64,000 nt of DNA from Ostrea edulis (lineage: Eukaryota): contig NC_079164.1 in assembly GCF_947568905.1 (NCBI RefSeq), forward strand, positions 25,606,001-25,670,000. The letters run 5' to 3'. Of the stretch, positions 12,456 through 23,900 are shown piece by piece (the first letter of the stretch is position 1; every line of letters starts with the position of its first letter). The position numbers and the translations under genes are program-made. The notes below the pieces were generated by a model. The model had not been told where the DNA came from. It saw nothing but the letters and a program-made list of their open reading frames with translations, and did not search any database.

Positions 12456-12619
12456 TGTTTCATTACCTAATCTGTTAATCTGGTAATAGTTTCTCCCGTG
12501 ACCGGGAAAAAGTTGTCATGTGACTGGGAAACAGTTCGTCACGTGATAGGGTAATAGTAGGTCACGTGATGAACTTTTTCACCCCTGCTCATTTTGTGTA
12601 CTTTTCTCTGATGATGTAA

Positions 12620-12995
12620 TATCGATAACGATCATTGGGTCAAATGCTCTCTGACGTTGTTTCATACCGATTGTTAGGCCGTTCTTGGCACACTGATTTT
12701 GACTACGGATATCCTCGTTTACTTGTTCAAGGTATAGGGCTCATGGCGGATGTGACCTGTCGAAAGGGGATGCTTACTCCTCCTAGATACCTGATTCCAC
12801 CTCTGGTATATCCAGGGGGTCCGTGTTTGCCAAACTCTCTGTTTTGTATTGCTTGTGGGAGCTATGAAATTGATCACTGTTCGCTATCTTTGCCTTTCAT
12901 ATTGTAGATTAGGTAATAATACAAAATAGAGAGTTGCCTGGATATACTAGAGGTGGGATCAGGTGCCTATGAGTAGTAAACATCCCCTGTCGACC
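12620..12995. mobile_element. Two Penelope-like 3' end fragments in opposite orientation (+ 12620-12900; - ~12905-12995)
   Basis: GQMLSDV.. coding end plus conserved 3' UTR on +, then the reverse complement of the same UTR. Confidence 0.75.
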
Positions 12996-13096
12996 TTTGT
13001 ATTATTATGGATGTGTGCAGGCTGATATATAAACTTCCCGTTAAATTACTCACATCATTATTAAATGTGGGTCTATTTCTGAATATTGTTGATGCA

Positions 13097-13110
13097 GGAA
13101 ATTCCGGAAA
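13097..13110 (+). promoter_or_regulatory. kappaB-like GGAAATTCC overlapping ETS-like palindrome TTCCGGAA, upstream of gene B
   Basis: Same motif at 36363 (D) and 55804 (E); TTCCGGAA alone at 20854 (C) and 136. Function is inferred. Confidence 0.4.
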
Positions 13111-13239
13111 ATTGCAATCAAAATTTATGATGTTAAGAGTGTAATCAAATTTGAATACAAACATGTAATTTGGATGAAAAAACTCTCCGAGATCTTGCTA
13201 TAGCTTACATGTTATGCTTGACGTACAGAAACAATTGTT

Positions 13240-16200
13240 ATGTATACATGTAATTTAATCATATGTGTCATTTTGACCGCGAATCCGGTATACAATATAC
13301 ATAATTCTACAGTAGGATGTTACATAAACGACACGTAAGTAACCATGATAATTATGACAACTGGAAATTATTCCTCTGTCAATTTCTAATGTATACTGTA
13401 CATATTTTATACTATATGCTGTATGTTGTATTGTACTTCTTTACTTTCATAAGATTGTAGGTGATACTGCGTTTTACATCACAATGTACATCTGTTATAT
13501 CTTACAGTTGTGTCCGGAAGGGGGGGGGGTACAATTGTAAGAAAGACGAAGATAACGAACAGTGATAAATCTAATAACTTCTATAAGCAATACAAAACAG
13601 AGAGTTAAGCGAAAAATAAGGAGAGAGAATTCAAGGAGCAAATCACGGTTTCCTCAAACTTTTGTTTGTCGTTTTGTGAAATACAGATGTACATGTATAC
13701 GGAACATTTTATTGGTTTTCATGGAATTTTGAATCATTGATTCAATTAAATCCATTATTGGCAATGAGATTAAAAGTATCTCTAGTACTTTTATTTTCGA
13801 CTTTATCAAAGCATGCCAGATTGGCGAATATTAAATACTAAGTGAATTACAAATTGCGCTTTTAGACTTAGATGTTATTCATGATATTTCTTTACAAAGA
13901 GAGAGGGACATAGAAATGACGAGAAAACCCCCAAATCGTAATATGTTTACTGTGAACACGGAAATATTCGCCCCCGTTTTAATTTCGTCCCTTTTGCCCT
14001 CGTTGTCAATAGGCGAATTTGAGAGTGGGAGAAACTGTTTTCTCTCACATCTCTCTTTTAAATCAACTATGTCTGGATGAATTTAAAACGGGACGAAACT
14101 GCCTGCGAGTGTAGAAAGGCGAAAATAACACGGGACGAAAATAACACTGTATACAGTATTTCAAACATATTTTATTATGTATAATTCCAATGTGATTTGT
14201 TACAATTGTTTTGATTGGACAAAAATAAAGCTGAACAATAGTTTACACATGAATAAATCTGAAAACGTGATGTATTCATACATGTCTGAAAACAAATATC
14301 GTACATGTAGTACGGGGAAACTATTCAAATTTTTGCAATTGTCAATAAAGCGAATGAATTGGAATTATAAGAATCAAACATTCTTTTTGAAGAATTTATC
14401 GATGTGTAACCTCGTTTTGTTTTACTCACACTTCGCACTTTTATTCAGTTTGTGAGTAAAATGTCCGGAGTTTACACATCGATAAATTCTTCATAAATGT
14501 TTACATAGACTTCTCCAGTACTAGATCATTACTTTATCAAATTATAAATGAAATTAGTTGCAAGTCTAGCAGAGATATTTTGCGAGGTCCGTCCACGACA
14601 AAAAACAAGGTCGTCATATTTTCCCATACAAAGTCTATAACCTTTTTATTATCAAAATGGCCAAATGAGCTCTAAAACTTCATTGTTATTTCGGATTTCA
14701 AACATTTCGGTTGAGCATCACTGAAGAGACATTATTTGTCGAAATGCGCATCTGGTGCATCAAAATTGGTACCGTACAAGTTTTACATTATATACTTTTT
14801 ATATATTTTTAACAATTTCTTTATTGGTTTAACTGAGTGAAAGATGAAAAACACGAAAAATTTGAAAATTAACGGCGTCGTAACGGCTTGTGTATTGATT
14901 GTGACGTAATGTTTGCCGGCCGAAATGTTTCTGGGCATATATCTTGGGATATATGCCCGGAAACTTTTAAAGGAAAAAGAAGAGATGAAATTGAAAGTAT
15001 ATAATAAAAAGATATATAAATATCAATAGTAAGTAGAACAAATGTAATGATAAAAAGATTAGTTATAATCACATCGTTTATATACACTACCTTTATATCT
15101 TAAGACAAATTTAGTTATTTTCATTCCAGGTTTATCCCATGTGAAACAAATTTGAAATTAATGAAATCAGGGAAATGTGAAGGTAAATATACTCTCTGTT
15201 ATACTTGAAACAGAAGTGGCTGTAGTTATTTCATGATTAACTTGAATATACATGATCAAATTTAGAATAAAATGCTCAGGGTGAGAATATAACCTTTGAG
15301 ATTCTGGGAGGAATTAATCACCCCTACATTGCCAGAAATATACATTCTTGATGTACACATTACGATGTGTAGATCGTTCTATTCAACAAGTTCCCAGGGT
15401 AATCCCCACCCCCTCATTCTATGATTGTTCAAATATCTTCAAAACAGATGAAATCATTACCCTTATGGCCTATTAGGATGGATAAGTCAAAATGCATTGA
15501 GTATTCTGCTGGGCAAGTGCCCTTGGGGTAATCCCAAACCCTATTTCATAATTGTTGATATACATCTAAAGCAATTGAGATCCTGACCCCTAAACCAAAT
15601 GCATGTATATTCCTGCTGCACATATGAAGATGCATTGAGTATTCTGATGGGTGGGCAAGTGCCTTAATCCCTGGACCCATCATGTTTTTATTGTTCAAAT
15701 ATCTTTAAAATGGTTGAGTATCCAACCCTTAAAGCAAATATATTCTTGTTGCACATGACACAATGCGCTGAGCACCATATTTTCGTTCGCCTCCACCCCT
15801 TTCGCTCCTCAAGGTAAAAATAAAAATTCCAAAACCCCACATCTAAAGGACACCGCCAACCATCTCCCAAAAGTTGATTTAGCCAATTCATAAAATGTAA
15901 GAGTAGTTCTTAAAACCAGGTTTTTATGTAGAAAAATGTCGTTTTTGAACCCCAATTGGCCCACGAGTGAAAATGAAAATGCACATCTATAGGACACCAC
16001 CAATTACCTTCCAAAAGATGATTTGGCATAAAATGTATGAGGAGTTCTGGGAACCAAGTTGGGTTTTACTTTTTAAAAAAGCATCATTTTTTACCCTATT
16101 TGCCCCAAGGTAAAATTCAAAATTCTGAAACCTTATTGCACATCTACAGGACACCACCTATCACATTGCAAAAGATTATTTGATTACTGCTTAAAATAAA

Positions 16201-19200
16201 AGAGGGGTTTAAGGAAGAAGAAAGTGTGACAAACGGACGGACTAGGGTAACAACAATATACCTAAACTTTCTTTAGAAATTGCGGGTATTATGAAAATAA
16301 AATTCTCCATCAGAAAACATACCAGATTTCCTTTGTCGAAAGATTTTATTTTAGATCTGATAAACGGTAGCAGTTTTAAAGAAAAATATAGATATATTCT
16401 GTTTGTAGATTGCGAGGCTGGTAGATATGGTTGTAACTGCTCTCTAGTATGTTCCAGCAATGCATTTGGTGTAGGCTGTTACTCCACATGTAACTGTTTT
16501 GCTGATGAGATTTGTGATCCCGCAACAGGATGTACTAGCAACACCAGTGTTTCTTCATATACAACAGGTAGATTTCTCTATAAACATTTATATAACAGTT
16601 ATGAAACAGGTACTATTTTCTAATTGTTGAACAACAGGTAGAATTCCCTATGAGTAATACAACATATTTCCCATTAACTTATACAACAGTTAGATTGATA
16701 TATGAACATATTATCCTATCAGGTACAATTAGTATGTTAATTTTTTTTTCTCTTTAAATACGCATGATTTGAAATAAACGTTTGTTTTGCGACATGTTTT
16801 TGGTGATCAAAACAACTAATTATTGTATTTCCCTACATATTTTGTGAATTATTGAAAAACATTTCGTAGTCCATAGATTAGAAATAGTTCAGCTTTTTTT
16901 CTATAAGAATTTATCTAAATAACGATTTTGTTGTGTTTTGCCGATTTCGTGGTTACATGCGCATTATAAAATCTAATATTTTGATGGAATAAGTTGCAGT
17001 ATATATCCATATATTTCCATATCTATTGCATCTCTCTTCCCATGAGATATGTTTTCAGATTCCTCCAACCTTCCAAGAAGTTCTCCTGTAAGGTCATTTA
17101 ATTTTCCAAAAAACAATCGTCTGAACAAATTTCCGTTGTCGCTGCTGGTGTCCTCGGCAACTGTAGTTTTCTTCAGCATACTCTGTGCTGCTATCCTGAT
17201 ACGGTATTACACAATACTCAAATCTATTTCATTTGAAATTGTTATTTCTACACATGCCTCAAATTTTATTTCTTTTTAAAACATTTTCAGATTAAAAAAA
17301 AGAGTATACCAACGTGAATACAGTAAGTAAATTTGATTTAGAGTCCTATTTCAAAATCCACACAATTTGTGTAGTATTAATTTAGGATTTAATATAGTTT
17401 CAAATCATCTTATTCATGAGGGTCAGAATTCTAGAAAAAATACCATCATACTACAAAAGGTAGAAAATGTGGGAAATCTTGAAAGTCCACATGGAAATAA
17501 TGTGAATGTGATGGAACTCTACGTAAACTAAACATAGTCATGGACATCGTCATGCTCACGGCGGGTGTGACCGGTTGACAGGGAATGCTTACTCCTCCTA
17601 GGCACCTGATCCCACCTCTGGTGTGTCCAGGGGTCCGTGTTTGCCCAACTCTCTGTTTTGTATTGCTTATAGGAGTTATGAGATTGATCACTGTACGTTA
17701 TCTTCGCCTGTAATGCCACCGGATGATAATTCGAAACACACCGCCCGTCCCTTAAACTTAGTCTAATTAACAAAGGAATATATGCTATCAACATGAACAA
17801 CATCGTTGGTTATAATACAGTTCAGACTTGTATTCCAAGTTCCGGTCAACACCCTGTATTACCCACAAGTGTACCTCTACTATTGCATCCATTTGTAAAT
17901 TTACAAACACACTTTACGCTTAGATATAGATGATCTTATTCAAAATTATAGGGGAAAACAGAGTGCCAAAAAAAGTGGAGTCAAATTCGTCTAACGATAA
18001 TATACCATAGGATTTGCGAAATGCTGACTTTAAACGAAACTGTTGAAATCCCTGCATCATCAACTTGTTTTCAGTAGCCTGCCTCGATTTAAAAACTGAC
18101 CACACACCGAACAAGCTCTTGCGTATCAAATCAGTTGAGAGATATTAACACCATATGTAGGTGATAATGGAATATTGCTACATAAATATGGGAAGTTGAC
18201 GATGGAGAAGTTGAAATCGTCCTGTTTGTCATAAAGTTGAGTTGTTAGTTTACCGTTATATATATTTCCAATAAAATATTCAAGTATGAAGCAGAAGTGG
18301 ACGAGCTCACAGGGATATATCGAATCGACATATAAATGAAAATTATCATTGTTGATAGATAATACATCGTCGATATATATAAATGTCAAATTCAAGGCCA
18401 CAGCAAGAGATTTTTTTCTTCTCACGTAAAAGTGTTTCGATAAATTCTGCTTCATAGGTATATAAAAACAAGTCAGCTAACAAAGGAGCACAATTCGTGC
18501 CCTTGTTGATTCCAACAGACTGTTGGAAGACCTGAACACCAAAGACCACGATGATAATTATTGTCAATTAGGAACTCCAGCATATTTTGTATTTCAACTT
18601 CAGAGTGCTTGTGTGGGGAATCAGAATGGTGTTTAACAAAGGAATTTTTTGGATGGCTGAATACTAGATTCGAATATTTCCGTTTTCCATTATTTTAAAG
18701 AAGCAACTGCCTATGATGTCAAAAAGTCTAGTCTTTAATTCATCGTGAGGAATGGTAGTGTAAAGTGTTGAAAAGTCATACCTTTTGATTTTCTTGTTTT
18801 GGGAAAAGTTTTGCGATTTCAAATTCACTAAAAATTCTCCAGAAGTTTTTAGAATCCACATTTGATTTACACCACTTCTGGTATATGTAGTCGCACAATA
18901 CTTTTGAGGTTTCTCCTTCACAGCTGTTAATGTTTTCGTGAGGAGCAAAGATAGGGGCTTTGTAGAACATTTACTGGATTCAGCAATGTATCTTTATTTG
19001 TAAGGGTTTTTATGAAATTTAGGAATCTAGTATAGGTACGGTAACTCATATTCATCCGACCCATTGACTAGGATATTAAATGTGTCTAACATTGAAGCAT
19101 GGTTTTGAAGAATTCATCTTTTGAAAAGGCAAATATCATTTTAATTGTGATTTCCCGCTCTTGCGTGGGGTTTTATCTAGTACAAATAAAAAGGAATACT

Positions 19201-19352
19201 TGTAAAAAAAAACACCCCAACAACCCAAAAAGCAATAATCAAAATGCAAAAACAACCCCTGGAAATATATGACAAGAAAACCAATGTCAAAGTATATAAC
19301 ATAAATCGAATTAATGTGTAATACATGTACATCAAATCTATGAAATGTCATT

Positions 19353-19395
<43 letters not shown>

Positions 19396-20110
19396 CTGGT
19401 TACGAAAGGAACGCTCTACCACTGAGCTACTGTGACCGGTGTATACACTTAATGAAGTAAAGACACAGCTACATGAACATTGTAAATAATGTAACAATCA
19501 TAGACATACAGAAACGAAACCATGAATTCAAACTGATTTATCTCGATTAATACTATGTCCACCGTCAATGTTAATTTACTTTTGTTTCATACATGTACAA
19601 TAACACACAATATTTGAATTTATTACATATTGAATAAGTTGTCCTGTTTGAAATTCAATATGATCGTATCTTTTTTCTTCTTCAGAAAAACTGGTAAATA
19701 ACTTGCACATGGCTGAAACAAGAAGAACTGAAGATGATCCTGAATATGCTTCCTACAACTATACAGATTCGAGTATATTCAGCAATAGCCTACGCCATAG
19801 CAATGAAGAAAACACGTACGACCATTCGGAACGAGGAAGCTACAACATCTTATCTCTAAGAACCAGATCATCAATGGTAAATGAAAATGACGAGGGGTGT
19901 GATGTGGCTTCATGCAGTTTTCCACATTCATCTTACAGTATGTCAAAATCTAAAGTCGAGGAGTTGAATGTCGGGATAGAACCAGAATGTTTGATCAACC
20001 TATTTCACGAGGACGAAGGTCAAAAAGTAATATATACCAAATGGGAAAAGGAAACTAATCCTAAATCACCGACTACAAGTATCAACAGACCAAAGTCAAG
20101 CATATGGTGA
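13240..20110 (+). CDS. Gene B: single-pass EGF-like receptor, ectodomain class II + tail class X (302 aa, intact)
   Basis: Exons 13240-13334 (signal-like MYTCNLIICVILTANPVY..GCYINDT), 15130-15182 (FIPCETNLKLMKSGKCE), 16409-16567 (CEAGRYGCNCSLVCSSNAFGVGCYSTCNCFADEICDPATGC), 17059-17203 (TM LSLLVSSATVVFFSILCAAILI), 17291-17322 (LKKRVYQREY), 19686-20110 (tail, TGA). All GT-AG; 909 nt. Confidence 0.88.
13540..13608 (-). mobile_element. Penelope-like 3' tip fragment
   Basis: GAAGATAACGAACAGTGATAAATCTAATAACTTCTATAAGCAATACAAAACAGAGAGTT is the reverse complement of the family 3' end. Confidence 0.7.
13948..14158. mobile_element. Tc1/mariner-type MITE with TACTGT...ACAGTA ends
   Basis: Left TACTGTGAACACGGAAATATTCGCC; right CGAAAATAACACTGTATACAGTA; subterminal GAAAATAACAC repeats. 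Confidence 0.55.
14708..14774 (+). ncRNA. Type-I hammerhead-ribozyme-like motif (stem I not evident)
   Basis: CTGAAGA (14721-14727), stem II GACA/TGTC, GAAA (14741-14744), stem III TGCGC/GTGCA, TC (14760-14761). Confidence 0.4.
14927..14964. repeat. 17-bp hairpin inside an intronic repeat
   Basis: GTTTCTGGGCATATATC-TTGG-GATATATGCCCGGAAAC, one G-T pair. Confidence 0.7.
15385..16293. mobile_element. Helentron-associated non-autonomous element (HINE-like) with internal tandem subrepeats
   Basis: Internal repeats (GATGCATTGAGTATTCTG x2, CATCTAAAGGACACC/CATCTACAGGACACC), short ACGG run and terminal hairpin AATATACC...GGGTATT. Left end approximate. Confidence 0.55.
17551..17710 (+). mobile_element. 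Penelope-like 3' UTR fragment in gene B intron 5
   Basis: GCTCACGGCGGGTGTGACCGG...GATCACTGTACGTTATCTTCGCCT. Confidence 0.8.
17960..19130 (-). mobile_element. Penelope-like RT fragment in gene B intron 5
   Basis: ORF track: GTNCAPLLADLFLYTYEAEF, IYIDDVLSINN, NIPLSPTYGVNISQLI, KYCATTYTRSGVNQMWILK, YDFSTLYTTIPH. Confidence 0.85.
19393..19439 (-). mobile_element. Truncated tRNA-derived SINE head abutting (CT)n at 19354-19392
   Basis: Reverse complement CCGGTCACAGTAGCTCAGTGGTAGAGCGTTCCTTTCGTAACCAGG: A-box plus a TTCGTAA loop (CGT, Thr-like); no T arm. Confidence 0.55.
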
Positions 20111-20944
20111 TAGCGACATACTGCGTCATGTCCTGAAAAAGAGGAATTTCGTGTCTAGTTGTGCCGCGAACAAAGAGAAAGTGGTTATTTAAAAACCCAA
20201 AATCATGAATACATGCATGTCTGTATGCTGCATTAAGTTCACAGGAGGATGTTGCTTTTGATTGGAATACATGATTAGAAGTCCATACAATAAAAACATA
20301 ATGATTGAGTTTGCTTCTCAAAACCAAATCTCAGAAAACTTGTTACACGTAACTTTAGTACAGTTTTTGATAATTCCAATATTTGAAGAATGTAGGTACA
20401 TACATGTATCTATGAAGGAAAATTAAAATGATATTCCGTCTCATCTCCACTTGTGTACATGTACTACAGTGTATATTATTCTAAGACAAAATATTTGTTT
20501 GTTGTCATTTTTGGCGTATCTTGAAAAACACTTTTTGTCTTATCAGCCATAATAAAAGTCACGGTGGTGGCAAAGTACAGCATACACCATGGCTTGTTAT
20601 TCATATTCGATTTGTAAAACTTGGAGGATAATGGGGGCTATACGTGTTCTATGTAACAATAGAAACATTGATTAATTATGCTTTGGTGATATACTAGGTC
20701 GAGTAGAATGAATTAAAGTTTAACGATGTCCGATGAAGGTCTGATTATATTTTACAATATTTATTACAATGGATATACTTCCGCAAATTATGAAATGTTT
20801 CTGCAGAATAATTTATTACTAATTGAAATGAAGCTTGTAAATATTGGTGTGAATTCCGGAAACAATTCTAGAGTTGAAAATCTGAAAGTAAAAATCTGCA
20901 GAATAAGTGTACTTAATATTACTGTCATCGAATGTTTACCCGAC

Positions 20945-23900
20945 ATGTTAGGTTTCGTCTTCATTACGATTCTCCTTAAACTTGTGCATCCTGCTGAAGG
21001 GGACTGTCACGTAAACAACTGGTAATTCAGTTATTCTACAAATTTTAAATATTGTTACAAAAGATTGCATGATATTTATCATAAAGTTTAAATGTTACAT
21101 AATCTAAATGTGTGAACTATTTTCTGTATTTTGAATTGACCTGAATAGCAGATTTTATCAATCTACTTAAAATGTACCTATATGATAATACCTGTTCACG
21201 TTATCTCAAATTAGATTTCCTTTTATGACTCTTGATATGGAGTAATATTCATGTGCATGTATTTTCCACCAAAAATGAACTTTAACACAGCCAATTATCA
21301 TACACAGGCCATTGTCATGTGAAGCCAACTTCAAAGTAGGGCCCGATAAATGTGAACGTAAGTAAAGTACTACCAAAATAATTGGCACAGAGAATTTATG
21401 TAACAAATCGTGTGAACACGGCTCTAAGAAATAGAAAACTACATTGAACTGACAACTCATTTCAGCATGTGAAGCCGGTAAATATGGATGTAACTGCTCC
21501 CAGGACTGCACCGTCAATACATATGGTTTGAACTGCTACCTCAAGTGTAATTGTTCTGTGGATGAACTTTGTGACCCAGCAGTTGGATGTGTTAGCTTCA
21601 ACATCACTTCAACGTACAAAACATTTACACAACAAACATCGGTTTCAGCATCATCATCATCATCATCATCATCAACAACACCATCTTCATCATCAGGTTT
21701 ATATTCTTCCTTATTACACGTCTACTGATTTATCTCCCTTTAAATTTAATACAATAAAACTGTCTATTTCCCAGAAAATGCAAAATCACCGCAACTCCAT
21801 ATCTAATATTCATTGATATTTTTAACCAATTAAAATACCCGCTAGGTGGAGCGTTCCGCACTGAGGTCTGTGACATATTGTTATTATTAGACGTCATGAA
21901 AGAAAAACTGTAATCATAATGGTCATTCGATCAAGCTCTTGCGTATCAAATCAGTTGAGAGATATAAACACCATATGCAGGTGATAATGGAATATTGCTA
22001 CATAAATATGGGAAGTTGACGATGGAGACGTTGAAATCATCCCGTTTGTCATAAAGTTGAGTTGTTAGTTTGCCGTTAATATCTACTTTCAATAACATAT
22101 CTAAGTATGAAACAGAAGTGGACGACTCTTTGGTGTCTTTTATTTCGAGTTCACTGGGATATATCGAATCGACTGAATGCAAATTATAATTGTTAATAGA
22201 TAATTCATCGTCGATATATCTAAATGTCAAATTGAAGGCCACAGCAAGAGATTTTTTCATCTCAAGTAGAAGTTTTTTTTAAAACATAAATTCTGCTTCA
22301 TAGGAATATAGAAACAGGTCAGGTAACAAAGGCGCTCTATCAAGAGTTAAAGAAAGCTCTTTTTTATTACAGATTATTTGAATTTAGATATAAGAAACTT
22401 TGTTGATATTAAAAAATGGACTTTTTATACAAATTGGGTTGACAAAGGCATTAAGACCTTGAATGGCTTAGTTTTACAGAATGGAACATTCAAATGTTTT
22501 ACTGATGTAAAAGATGTGGTTGGTACAAAGAACCTTTTAAGCTATTATTGTCTTATTTCAAAAGTACCCAAAAATATTAAAAAAACAAATTACTGATTTT
22601 AAAAACAAAGTACATCATGAATTTTTGAGTCCAAATCAATGCATTGTACAGAAATGAACTCTAGTTCTAATGTTAAATTGTTATATCAAGTTTTGAAGGA
22701 AAAGGAATTCATAGCCCCACAACTCAAAAGAGAGAAGGGGGAAACTTATCTCAGTGAAACTATTTCAGGAAAATGTTAGGAAGTTTACTGTATGAACGCA
22801 TCATTATGCACAAAAGAAACAAAATTAATTGATTTTCAATACCGTAGTATGTGTTATATAGCTACAAACTCTTTCCTTCACAAACTTAAACTTGTAGACA
22901 ATGACTTGTGTTCATTTTGCAAAAGCGAAAGAGAAACAGTCACTAATATTTTTTATGACTGTGCGTATGTATCTGCTTTCTGGAGAGATTTTGTGAAATG
23001 GTACAATGCACTTGAAAAAGATTATAAAATCAAAAAAGAATTGTGTTACTAGGCAATATTGATGGAAGCTGTTTGGAAAATTTTCTTCTTTTGTTAGTAA
23101 TAGAGCACATTTATTACTCCAGATCACAGGGCTCAAAACCCAAATTGTCAGATGCAATTGATTTGTTTAAATACTATAGAAATTTATAAAAATATTGTCA
23201 AAATGTATTTCATAGCAAGTCCAAAATGCTTGGTAAATGGGCATTGTATGATAATATAATGGACAAATAGTTTGTTAAAAATCAATATACATTGATATGA
23301 AAAATAAAACAATTACCTTTATATTTAAATTTCCATGTGTATATATGTATTTTTATGTGTGTATTTATATTTATGTGTGTATATGTATATATTATACATG
23401 TATATATTATATATACAATTCATTGTAATTGTTGATTTAAAGGTGCACGGAGTAATTGCAAATGTGAATGAGCGAGTGAAGATTAAAGTTTGTATGTATA
23501 AATGTTTTGAAAATACAAAAATAAAACATTAAAAAAACTAAGGAGCACAGTTCGTGCCCAGGGGATTTCCAACAGACTGTTGGAAGACCTGATCACCAAA
23601 GACCACGAAGATTTTGTCAATGAGGAACTCCAGCATATTTTTTATTTCAACTTCAGAGTACTTGTGTATGGAATCAGAGTGGCGTTTAACAAAATATTTT
23701 TTGGAATGACTGATCACTAGATAGGAATATTTGCGTTTTCCATTTTTGTTGATAAAGCAACTATCTATGATGTCAAAAAGTTTAGTCTTTAATTTATCGC
23801 GAGGAATGGTCGTGTAAAGAGTTGAAAAGTCGTACGTTTTGATGTTGATTTGAGAAAAGTTTTGTGATTTCAAGTTTACTAAAAGTTCTTTGGAAGTTTT

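Noticed and set aside
13240-20110. Assigning the symbol MEGF10, SCARF1 or draper to genes A-E
   Set aside because: Only about two EGF-like repeats, no EMI domain and unrelated tails; similarity is at repeat level and orthology cannot be shown.
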